A model generated the notes under the pieces. The model was not told where the DNA came from, made no database searches, and saw only the letters and a list, made by a program, of their open reading frames with translations. A stretch of 64,000 nucleotides of DNA from Terracidiphilus sp. (lineage in GTDB: Bacteria; Acidobacteriota; Terriglobia; Terriglobales; Acidobacteriaceae): contig DASXXV010000079.1 in NCBI GenBank assembly GCA_036502905.1, positions 9,507-73,506 on the forward strand, written 5' to 3'. How positions within the stretch are numbered: position 1 is the first letter of the stretch; every line of letters begins with the position of its first letter. Below, one piece after another: positions 30,076 to 38,645 of the stretch. Both the position numbers and the translations under genes were made by a program.

Positions 30076-31809
30076 ATGGTCTCCGAGCTCAAGCGGCTGC
30101 TCCACCCGTTTCGGCGGGGCTTTGCCTTTTATATATTTTTTACGTTGATCCGGCAGGGACTGGTGGTAGGCGGCGGGTACGGGCTCGTTCTGCTGATCCG
30201 CTCCTACGAACACCGGCCCGCGCAGTCCGCGTTGCTGGCCCTTGCCGTGCTGATCGGGTACAAGCTGCTGCTCGACACCATCGACCAGCTGATGGGCTGG
30301 AAATTCGCCAAGCACGTCAGCTACCCCATGTTCCGACAGCTCAGCGTGAACGTATTCGCCAAGCTGCTCAGCCTGGACCAGGGCTGGCACCAGGCCGGCT
30401 CAAGCGGCGCGCGCCGCGGCGAGATAACCAACGGTCTGAGCAAGTTCGCGCAGACCAGCGACAGCCTGGCGCGAGAAGTCTGCCCCCTGCTGGCAGGCGC
30501 GCTTCTGAGCTTGTTCCTGCTGCGTTCTTACGTAGGAATGCCGTTCTGGCTGGCCATTCTTCCGGCGGCCGCGGCGGCCTTCTTCTGGCTCTCATATGAA
30601 GAGAATCGGCGCTGTGTGAAGTTCCGGGAGACGCGCTATCGGCATTATGCGTCGGACTACTCGCTGAGTATTGAGTGCATGGAGATGCACGCCGACGTAG
30701 TGCGTTACAACCAGGAGCAACGGATCGAGGACCACTATCGCCGCATCCATCACGGCATTGAACGCAACGGACTGGCGGAAGCGCGGATCCAGGGCTGGTT
30801 CGGCTTGTCGAAGGGAATTGTGATCCTGGCCATGCAGGCTTACCTTCTGTCGCACTGGATCGGGATGCTAACCGTGCATAGTCTCGATGGCGCAATGCTC
30901 GTTTACCTCTACATGCTCTCTGACCAGTTGTGCGGCTCGCTTTGGGGATACGCGGGCATGTGGGGCCGCATCAGCGAGGCGTGGGAGCCCATCAAGCTGT
31001 TCCTCAAGATAAGCTCGGCCAAGCCCGCAGTAGCCGATGCGGCTGAAAACTCCGCGATCCGTATCCCGGAGCAGGTGAGCCTGCAGTTCTGTGACGTCGA
31101 ATTCAGCTATCGCCCGGAAGAGCCGGTGCTGAACAAGCTCAGCCTTTCTGTGGAAGCCGGAAAGAAAGTCGGACTGGTGGGTCGCACCGGGTGCGGCAAG
31201 TCAACCCTGCTGAACCTGGTAGCACGCCTCTATGATGCGCACCGGGGCAGCGTGTACGTAGGGGGAGAGGACGTGCGGCGCTGGCCCCTGAAGAAGCTTC
31301 AGCGAATGTGCACTTGCCTTTCGCAGAATGGCGGCGTGTTCTTCTCCGAAGCCACGCTGCTCGACACTATCCGTTTCGCCCAGCCCGATGCATCGTTCTG
31401 CGAAGTAGTGGAGGCGGCACGCCGGGCCTGCATTCACGACGAGATCATGAACCTGCAGGATGGTTACCAGACAAAGGCAGGGGAACACGGCAAGAACTTG
31501 TCCGGCGGGCAGCGGCAGCGCGTCGCCATTGCGCAGGCGTTGCTGAGCCTGAATGATCCGGGCAAGAAGGTTGTACTGCTGGACGAGTGCACCAGCAATC
31601 TGGATACGGAGACCGAGGCGACCATCCTGCGTAACATGTGGCCGCTGCTCGACGGCAAAACCGTGGTGCTGGTGACCCACCGGGTTGAGGCCATCCAGGG
31701 ATTGGTGGATGAAGTCGTGGCCATCAGTGAAGGCCGCGTGGCCTCGCAGCTTGCCGGCCGCGAACTGGGTTTCTATACGCCGCAACTGGAAGCGCAACCG
31801 GTGGCATGA
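30076..31809 (+). CDS. ABC exporter, fused permease and ATPase (MsbA/Sav1866-like)
   Basis: N-terminal TM domain, GRTGCGKST, LSGGQRQR, VLLDECTSNLD, VTHR. Confidence 0.88.
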   Translation: MVSELKRLLHPFRRGFAFYIFFTLIRQGLVVGGGYGLVLLIRSYEHRPAQSALLALAVLIGYKLLLDTIDQLMGWKFAKHVSYPMFRQLSVNVFAKLLSLDQGWHQAGSSGARRGEITNGLSKFAQTSDSLAREVCPLLAGALLSLFLLRSYVGMPFWLAILPAAAAAFFWLSYEENRRCVKFRETRYRHYASDYSLSIECMEMHADVVRYNQEQRIEDHYRRIHHGIERNGLAEARIQGWFGLSKGIVILAMQAYLLSHWIGMLTVHSLDGAMLVYLYMLSDQLCGSLWGYAGMWGRISEAWEPIKLFLKISSAKPAVADAAENSAIRIPEQVSLQFCDVEFSYRPEEPVLNKLSLSVEAGKKVGLVGRTGCGKSTLLNLVARLYDAHRGSVYVGGEDVRRWPLKKLQRMCTCLSQNGGVFFSEATLLDTIRFAQPDASFCEVVEAARRACIHDEIMNLQDGYQTKAGEHGKNLSGGQRQRVAIAQALLSLNDPGKKVVLLDECTSNLDTETEATILRNMWPLLDGKTVVLVTHRVEAIQGLVDEVVAISEGRVASQLAGRELGFYTPQLEAQPVA

Positions 31810-31989
31810 TCCGGTTCATCCGGCGCGCCGCGCAGAGTCAAGGATCGCAGAAAAGTCGCGAATCAGGCGCCTACCGTCAAAGCTAACAATGCGGACCGCG
31901 CGCCTTTCCACCAGCCAACTGCGAGTTTCACATTGGCGCCGATCGGCTTGAACGTCGCTCCCTCATCAATGCTGTAGGAAACCTGCAAA

Positions 31990-34900
31990 TCATTGCCCAA
32001 GAATGACAGGCTGGGCGCAGGTCAAACCGGTGAATCCGTCCCCGACGAGCAAATCCGCGCCAGGGCCGGAAAGTTCAAAGGTTGCCATCCGCGACGAACT
32101 GCCTGTTCCGGTTGCGGCACGTCCCTGCAGGGTGAGCGCGTTGTTCAGGATGTAATCCAACCGGTATCCGCCCCCGGTATGGGTGATCTGCGCGCTCCGG
32201 ACCAGTTGGAAGATCGACCATGTGCCCTGCCAGGGCTGGAACCCCTGGCCATCGACGAGAAGCGAGGCGGATTGCGCGTTGGCGCCGTTCCAGGTAAGAG
32301 TCTGGGGAGTAGACCCGGATGGCATTTTCAAGCCGTCCATGACTACCGTGGCGTTGTTGACGCCGTTGCCGGAAATGAAGCGCAAATTGAAGCTAAAAGA
32401 TGCGGATTTTGCGCCGCCCTGGTACAGAGAGGTGCTGAGGTGCGCGGCCCGATTGAAGTACGAAAGGAATTTCTGGTTCACGGGACCAGGCGCAGCGGGG
32501 GCGGCAACGTATTGCGTGCCGGACAGTGCGAGCGTGTCCTTCAGGTCGCCGGCCAAGGCCGTCCAGATTACGCCGGTTCCGGGCGCAAAGACCCTATCGA
32601 CGTCGGACAAGGCAGCCTGCGGCGCATTGACATTGGAAACGAAGGGGAATTTTGAGAGCAGCGGATTGATGTTGTTGCAGATATTCTTACCGGCTCCGTT
32701 GGCGGCCCCCCCTTTTTGGGGCTTGCGGCCATCGACACAGTCGATCGGCTGTTTCAACAGGTTGATCACCAGTTTCTCAACATGGCCGTCCGGATCGACA
32801 TTAAAGCCCTGTTGGACCTGCTGAACGGCGCCGTTTGCCGCTGTGACCTGCACGGAAATCGGTGCGAAATCGACAGGATCCGTGATGACAGGTTTGGTCG
32901 CTGTGGCAAGGTCGATCGCCCCGCCCAGGTTCGACAACGCTGTGATGTAAGTCTTGTTGCCGTCGCCTATAAGGCGATCAGTGGAGTTCGCGTCCACAAA
33001 GGCCTGGGCGGGCTGGAAAACTTTCTTGATCTGCGGGTCATTGACGGCAGTGTTGTGTGAAACCAGGTAAAAGAGTTCCAAAAGTGGCGACGCAGGTTCC
33101 GTCAGTTTCCCGAGGCGCATGGATGCATCTTTCAGGCTGGTGCAGTTCACTACCCGTGCAGAACTAAGATAGGCGCGCCACTCCTTCAGGAAATCGGCGG
33201 AGTACTGCGACCAGAGAGCGCTGCCGCTGACGGCGGAACTCAGTGCCTGCCCGCCTGCATCACCCAGGACCCAGGTTTCCCCGGCGGCGTACTTGTCCGG
33301 ATGCTGAACCGCATTTTGCATAAATGCGAAGCCATCCTTGGAGAAGGCGCCGCGCACAATCTTGGGGTCCACCACGTAGGAAGCGCTTCCGGGGTATTGC
33401 TTGTTGAAGTCGATGGTTTGACCGGCCTTGTCGCCATCCGCCAGCATGGCCTGGTATACGCGCGTCACGCCCAGAAAATTGTGGAGATACGAACGGGTGT
33501 GGTCGCGCGCCACCGAATCCACGGTGATGGAGTAGGGCGGATGGTGCAGCAATTCGTTCCCGTAGAAATCGATCTGCTTCTTGGCCAGGTCCTGCTGTTC
33601 CGGGTTAAGGTCTGTCCGCGATCCGATCCAATACTGAAAAAACGCCGGGGTAAGGAATTTCGGATCGCACTTGTCGGGGTTGCTTGTGGTAACGAGATAC
33701 GCTTTCAGCGGGTTGTAGGCCGCGTTGTAAAGGCTGAAGTCGCTGGCGTTGGCAGGCGCATCAGGCAGGCCGCGCATGCTCGCCAGGAATCCGTTCTGTG
33801 CCGGATTGAGCAGCATGGGCCGGAAGCGATCGAAGTAGACCTTGCGCGCCTCGTCCTCGAGCTTGTCGCCCTGGTAGAGGCCGAACCGGTAACTCAGATG
33901 GGGGCCGTTCTGCCGCCAGTCATCGAGTTGCAGAATGGTCAGGCGCAGATCGTCGAGTGCGCTGAGCTCTTTCGGTCCGGCCATGGAGGTCCCGGTGGCG
34001 TCGGTCACCGGCAGAGCGCGCGCGTCGTCTTGAATGCGGTGCTCGATAGCCGCGTTATTTATGTAGGAAACGATGAGGAAGATGGTGTAGAGCGCAAAGA
34101 GAAACGCCAGGGTCCCGTAGAGAATGCGGCGGAAAAGCCTGGCGGGCGCGCTCTGCCTGGTCGCAGTGAGCGCGCTTCGATCTCCCAGGATCACCTCGGG
34201 CAGCAGGCGGGGCAGGAACGTCCATTGCGGCACGCGCGCCTGGGTCATCACTGGCGCGGGGGCGGCGGCGGGGGCGGCAGCTCTTCCCATGGAGAGGTTG
34301 ATGTACTGGGTGGCGCCGGCATCCTGGGGGGTGTGCCGGGGCTCCGCCGCAGCCGGGGCGCTCACCGCCCGCTCCACGATGCGCGCGCGAATACCGGTGA
34401 AATAGAAGCCGCGCAGGTAGGGATTGGCGCTTAGCTGGGAGGGCTTGCAGAGCTCCACCAGATACTGGTTGAGATTCTTGCGAACCTTGCCGAGCTCGCG
34501 GGGGAACTCGTATACGCCGGAAACATTTCTGGGGTCGTTTTCGCGGTCCAGCATCTCCACCCGGAATTCGCCCAGCTGGTAAACCAGGCCATCGATGATC
34601 CCGGCCAGCAGGCGCGAAGCCTGTTCGGCGTATACGCCCGCGGAGGCATCACTGCGCGGCAACGGCACGCCCAGCACCTGGCGCACTTCGGCGTCGGAAA
34701 GATTGCGCACGTATTCGGCAAAGTGAGGCACGCGATCGAGCTTGGTGACGATCACGTACACCGGCAGAGGCATCCCGAGGATCCGGCTGACCTCGCGTAG
34801 TTGCGCTCCGGTAGCGCGCGCCGAGGCCATGAGCGACTGGCCCGCATCGCCAACGAGGAGCTGGTCCGCGCTCACGCAAACGATGACTGCCCGGGGCGCG

Positions 34901-35460
34901 GCACCGCTGCCGAATGCGGAGCGATAGGCCCGGGCCCGAGTTCGATGGACCAGCCTGCCGAGAAGAGTGTTGTTGGGTCGCACCGAGGCGCCAATCTCGA
35001 GGAGCGCGGCGGCCTTGGTGAACCACAGATTGATTACGTTTGTGGGCACCTGGTCGCCATCGAGCGTCGCCGTTCCGGCCAGCAGTTCGGGATCCAGGCC
35101 GGACTTCAGCACGGTGGTGGTCTTAGCGGAGCCGGAATCGCCAAGAATGTAGAGCAGGGGCAGCGCATCGATCGCTTTGGCTCCCTGTTGAGAGGAGCGC
35201 AGCTTGCGGTTGGCATCGTTGAGCATCAGGTCCAGCTCCGCGGTGGCGGCGGTGCCAGCCTCTTCGCCCTGCTGCCCCTTTTCTTTTTTGGCGCGCAGGT
35301 GCATCACCACGATGGTGATGGCGGCGGCAATGCCGATCAGCAGAACAAGGATGACAAAGACCAGGTACGCCGCACCCTGAAGGTGGAGCAGGGCCGCAAG
35401 GCCGAACGCCAGCAGCGCGGCCACCAGTAGCACGACGACGGCGAGTATGTAGGCAAGCAA
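31990..35460 (-). CDS. tssM: T6SS membrane complex protein TssM/IcmF
   Basis: Two N-terminal TMs, P-loop-like GDSGSAKT, PVYVIVTKLD, LRGFYFTG, third TM, FGLYQG, KFPF, GTWSIFQL; TTG start. Confidence 0.9.
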   Translation of the reverse strand: MLAYILAVVVLLVAALLAFGLAALLHLQGAAYLVFVILVLLIGIAAAITIVVMHLRAKKEKGQQGEEAGTAATAELDLMLNDANRKLRSSQQGAKAIDALPLLYILGDSGSAKTTTVLKSGLDPELLAGTATLDGDQVPTNVINLWFTKAAALLEIGASVRPNNTLLGRLVHRTRARAYRSAFGSGAAPRAVIVCVSADQLLVGDAGQSLMASARATGAQLREVSRILGMPLPVYVIVTKLDRVPHFAEYVRNLSDAEVRQVLGVPLPRSDASAGVYAEQASRLLAGIIDGLVYQLGEFRVEMLDRENDPRNVSGVYEFPRELGKVRKNLNQYLVELCKPSQLSANPYLRGFYFTGIRARIVERAVSAPAAAEPRHTPQDAGATQYINLSMGRAAAPAAAPAPVMTQARVPQWTFLPRLLPEVILGDRSALTATRQSAPARLFRRILYGTLAFLFALYTIFLIVSYINNAAIEHRIQDDARALPVTDATGTSMAGPKELSALDDLRLTILQLDDWRQNGPHLSYRFGLYQGDKLEDEARKVYFDRFRPMLLNPAQNGFLASMRGLPDAPANASDFSLYNAAYNPLKAYLVTTSNPDKCDPKFLTPAFFQYWIGSRTDLNPEQQDLAKKQIDFYGNELLHHPPYSITVDSVARDHTRSYLHNFLGVTRVYQAMLADGDKAGQTIDFNKQYPGSASYVVDPKIVRGAFSKDGFAFMQNAVQHPDKYAAGETWVLGDAGGQALSSAVSGSALWSQYSADFLKEWRAYLSSARVVNCTSLKDASMRLGKLTEPASPLLELFYLVSHNTAVNDPQIKKVFQPAQAFVDANSTDRLIGDGNKTYITALSNLGGAIDLATATKPVITDPVDFAPISVQVTAANGAVQQVQQGFNVDPDGHVEKLVINLLKQPIDCVDGRKPQKGGAANGAGKNICNNINPLLSKFPFVSNVNAPQAALSDVDRVFAPGTGVIWTALAGDLKDTLALSGTQYVAAPAAPGPVNQKFLSYFNRAAHLSTSLYQGGAKSASFSFNLRFISGNGVNNATVVMDGLKMPSGSTPQTLTWNGANAQSASLLVDGQGFQPWQGTWSIFQLVRSAQITHTGGGYRLDYILNNALTLQGRAATGTGSSSRMATFELSGPGADLLVGDGFTGLTCAQPVILGQ

Positions 35461-35575
35461 GGTGTTCCCCCGAAATATCTTTCCTGTCGCATGAGTGCGG
35501 CGCTAAGTATAGCTTCCCAACATGTCTCCAGCCCGCGAAACCTGCGGCACCGGGTGAGTGGATTCCATCATCTCT

Positions 35576-35607
35576 CCCACCTCTCAAACTCGAGAGGAGG
35601 AGCACCC
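35576..35607. repeat. REP-like palindrome in the tssL-tssM spacer
   Basis: CCCACCTCTC-AAACTC-GAGAGGAGGAGCACCC, nested within the inverted pair ACCGGGTG…CACCCGGT. Confidence 0.45.
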
Positions 35608-35631
35608 GGTTTGAGCAAGCTCAAGCGAAAG

Positions 35632-36357
35632 CTAGCTGATGTGCGAAGCTCCCGCGCTCAGGGCGAACCAGAATCCGCCGAAGGCCAGGAGCGTGATCAC
35701 GAACAGGACCACGGCCGCGATACCCAGAGCGCGGCTCCAGGGGTCCACGGTGGCAATCTGTTTTACTTGGGGCGCGGGAGCGTCGGGCAAGAAGCTGGCC
35801 TGCCCGCGGACGCGATCGATCTTTTCCCGTGCCTGGCGAACCAGGGTCTGGATCTCTCCGCCGGGGCGCTGGCCCCACTGTCCCCCGTTGCCCTGGCCCG
35901 ACACATACGTACTGGCCGCCAGAGCGTACTTTCCTTTGAAGCCCAGCAGCATGCACAAGCAGTAGACTTCAAGGCAATCGGCCGTTTCCTGGGAGTCCTG
36001 GCGAGCCAGCAGCGTACGCAGATGCTCGAAGAAGATCTCGCCTGCGAGGTGGTGGCCGAACATCTCGTCCTGCATGGGACGCTGCGCCCAATCGGCGAAT
36101 GCCGGGCTCTGCAGCTTGAGGACACTCTCATCGAGAAGCGAGACCACCGCGAAGAAGGCGAGCTGATTGATTTCGCTCGAATAGCCCAGCCCCTTGGCGT
36201 GTTCCATGGCGGCTTTCAGGGCGGCACGGATGCTGGTGCGGAAGTCCTGCGAGTTGGCGGCGGACTGCTGGTTCAGCACCGACAATCGCACGATAATGGT
36301 GAGCGCGTTTTCATAGCAGGACGCAAGGCTCTGCGTGCGCGTTGGAATTTGTGTCAT
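35632..36357 (-). CDS. tssL: T6SS protein TssL/DotU (no OmpA domain)
   Basis: FAVVSLLDESVL, W..RPMQ..MFG…AGEIFF, LEVYCLCMLLGFKGKY, single C-terminal TM. Confidence 0.92.
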   Translation of the reverse strand: MTQIPTRTQSLASCYENALTIIVRLSVLNQQSAANSQDFRTSIRAALKAAMEHAKGLGYSSEINQLAFFAVVSLLDESVLKLQSPAFADWAQRPMQDEMFGHHLAGEIFFEHLRTLLARQDSQETADCLEVYCLCMLLGFKGKYALAASTYVSGQGNGGQWGQRPGGEIQTLVRQAREKIDRVRGQASFLPDAPAPQVKQIATVDPWSRALGIAAVVLFVITLLAFGGFWFALSAGASHIS

Positions 36358-36800
36358 CGAATGGCTCCGATTGAGCGGAGTAATGAAAAACCCCGGGGAC
36401 GAATCACCCGTCCGCGGGAGCACGTTCTGTCACCTTGTATGGGCCCCAGAGGAAGTCCCCGGATCACAGCGTCATCAGCCCTCAAGCTCAGGCGACAAAA
36501 TAAGGACTGTTGCGTAAACCACTAAGAGCATACCTCAAGAGCGGAAGAAGCGAAGGAGAAGTTATCCCCCAACGTAATCGCAGAAGCTGATTCTGTGAGT
36601 GAAGCGGATGCGGGCGAATCCGGCCGGACCCTTTACGGCGAAGAAGCATAAGTGTAAGCTAGCTTGGCAATATACCCCCAAGCTTCCGGGGTCTCCGCGG
36701 AGAGGTCGTGGTGCGTGGGGTGGAAGCCTCCAGGGGTTCCCTGTGGACAAATCAATCGTCCCTGGGATGACGGCCCACGCGGGGAACAGGACCGCTTTCA

Positions 36801-38207
36801 ATGAGCAATAAAAATTCCAGTTCGGGGCCGGAGCAGCCCGACCCGCTCAGCGCGACAGGCATGTTCCTGCGCGCCTTCGAGCAAGAAGGAAAGAGCGAGG
36901 CAAAGCCGGCGGATGTATTTCCGCCCCAGCCCGGGAAACCTGCATCGCCGCTCGCGGCCGGGCCGGGAGCGGGAATGCCGTCGAGTGCTTCCGCGCCTCC
37001 GGGCGAGTTCACACAGGTCTTCAGCAGCGCGGCCCAGCGTCCCGCGGCCACTCCGCCGGCCCGGGAGGCTCCGCCCCAGCTTGCTACACAGGTGGTAAGG
37101 GGACCGGCGCAACCATCGCCCGAAGGGGCTCCGGGGGAGTTCACCAGGATTTTCGTCCCGGGAACGCCATCGTATACTCCGCCGGCCCGCCCCTCAGAAG
37201 AATCTCCGCGCCCTGGAACGCCCGCAGGGCCCTCCCGCTCCAAGGGATTTTCCTCACCTGGAGTATCCGATTCGGCTTCTGGCGAAGGAGGTTTGACCCA
37301 GTTCTTCAGCAGTCCCCTCCGGCCCCCTGTACCCGCGCCTTCTCCTGCGCCTGCAACCGCACCGGCTTCGTCGGAGGGAAGTTTCACGCAATTCTTCACC
37401 AGTCCATCGCGCCCCGCGGTGCCGGCGCCTTCTCCCGCACCGGCAGCACCGGCGGCTGCGTCGGAGGGAGGGTTCACGCAGTTCTTCAATGACCCTTCGC
37501 GGCCCGCAGTTTCAGCGCCATCCGCTCCGCCGCCGCCGGCGGACAACTCGTGGAAGGACGACGACCCATTTTTCCGGCCCCCGCAGAAAAGCTCCGTGCC
37601 GGAAGGGCCGTCTCCCAGCGTAACGGGCATTCTTTCCTCCTTGTCAGGATCCGGGGCGGGCACGTCCACGCCCAAAGCGCCGGAGCCTGGACCATATCGG
37701 CCCGATCCACTGTCCTCGTACGCTCCACCCAAGGCCGCCGAAGATCCAGGCGGAGTGACGCAATTGATTCATCGACTGGCTCAGCAGCCGCCCGTTGAGG
37801 CTGCGCAACCAGCGGCGCCGGCCCCTCCGCCTCCGAGTCCGGAGATGGGGGAATTCACCCGCATTATGTCCCGGTTTGACGCGAAGCCGGCCGCAGCAGC
37901 TCCCCCACCGCCGCCGGCGCCGCCCGCGCCCGTGGCGCAGCCATGGGCGGCACCACCACCCATACCGCCGGTGCCTCCGGCACCGCACCTTGTGCAGCCA
38001 CCTTTGCCGCTGCCGCATACTCCTGCGCCGGCACCAGCGCCGGTGTTCGTCGCTCCCCCAATTCCTAAGCCCGCGCCTCCGCCCATGCCGGCGCTCGCAC
38101 CGCCCAAAAGCAAGCTCGAGGCCATGGTGCCGATCTTGCTGGTAATCAACACATTTCTGCTGGTGCTTTTGCTGGTGGTGGTGATCTTCCTGATCAAGGC
38201 GAAGTGA
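36801..38207 (+). CDS. Tail-anchored proline-rich protein with nine Thr-centred motifs, T6SS-associated, function unknown
   Basis: Pro/Ala/Ser-rich, repeated GEFTxxF-like motifs, one C-terminal TM (VPILLVINTFLLVLLLVVVIFLI-KAK), no signal peptide; divergent from tssL. Confidence 0.8.
   Translation: MSNKNSSSGPEQPDPLSATGMFLRAFEQEGKSEAKPADVFPPQPGKPASPLAAGPGAGMPSSASAPPGEFTQVFSSAAQRPAATPPAREAPPQLATQVVRGPAQPSPEGAPGEFTRIFVPGTPSYTPPARPSEESPRPGTPAGPSRSKGFSSPGVSDSASGEGGLTQFFSSPLRPPVPAPSPAPATAPASSEGSFTQFFTSPSRPAVPAPSPAPAAPAAASEGGFTQFFNDPSRPAVSAPSAPPPPADNSWKDDDPFFRPPQKSSVPEGPSPSVTGILSSLSGSGAGTSTPKAPEPGPYRPDPLSSYAPPKAAEDPGGVTQLIHRLAQQPPVEAAQPAAPAPPPPSPEMGEFTRIMSRFDAKPAAAAPPPPPAPPAPVAQPWAAPPPIPPVPPAPHLVQPPLPLPHTPAPAPAPVFVAPPIPKPAPPPMPALAPPKSKLEAMVPILLVINTFLLVLLLVVVIFLIKAK
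37284..37520 (+). repeat. 90-bp (30 aa) internal tandem repeat, about 2.6 copies
   Basis: EGGLTQFFSSP, EGSFTQFFTSP and EGGFTQFFNDP units start at 37284, 37374 and 37464. Confidence 0.85.
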
Positions 38208-38261
38208 GAGGGCGGGAACAGGGAACGAGAAGCCGGGGCCTGCCTCCGGACTATGCCAACC

Positions 38262-38543
38262 CTAAGCCAACAGCCCCTTTTCGCGGAGCAGGCTGTCGGG
38301 ACGTTCGAAGCTGTCGATGATGATGACGCCCTGGGAGCGTGCTTTTCCGGCCCAGCGGGTGGCCTCGTCTTCGTTGAATTTCAAGTCCTGGAGCAGTGTC
38401 ACGAGGTCGTCGTAGCTCGCGGCCTGGGCTGGACGGCTATTCGTCCGGCCCGCGTAGGGCTTGAAGGTCACCTCGAAGTGCGCCTTCGTTCCTTCAGAGG
38501 CGGGTTTGGCGGTAATCAGCAGGTTCCCGATGAGCTTGGGCAT
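38262..38543 (-). CDS. Small hypothetical protein (93 aa)
   Basis: GGGGAGGAG RBS before ATG 38543; globular-looking composition. Confidence 0.7.
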   Translation of the reverse strand: MPKLIGNLLITAKPASEGTKAHFEVTFKPYAGRTNSRPAQAASYDDLVTLLQDLKFNEDEATRWAGKARSQGVIIIDSFERPDSLLREKGLLA

Positions 38544-38645
38544 GCACTCCTCCCCTGCGCACTTGTTTATAAGTCTGCCACACTCCAATGGACAGACAAC
38601 GTTAATGGGGCGAAGCGCTCACTTGGGTTCCCGTGGTGGGAATCG

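Noticed and set aside
36752-37732. 326-aa antisense ORF with repeated KNCV motifs
   Set aside because: Mirror of the repeat-containing Pro-rich gene on the + strand, which has the coherent TM anchor.
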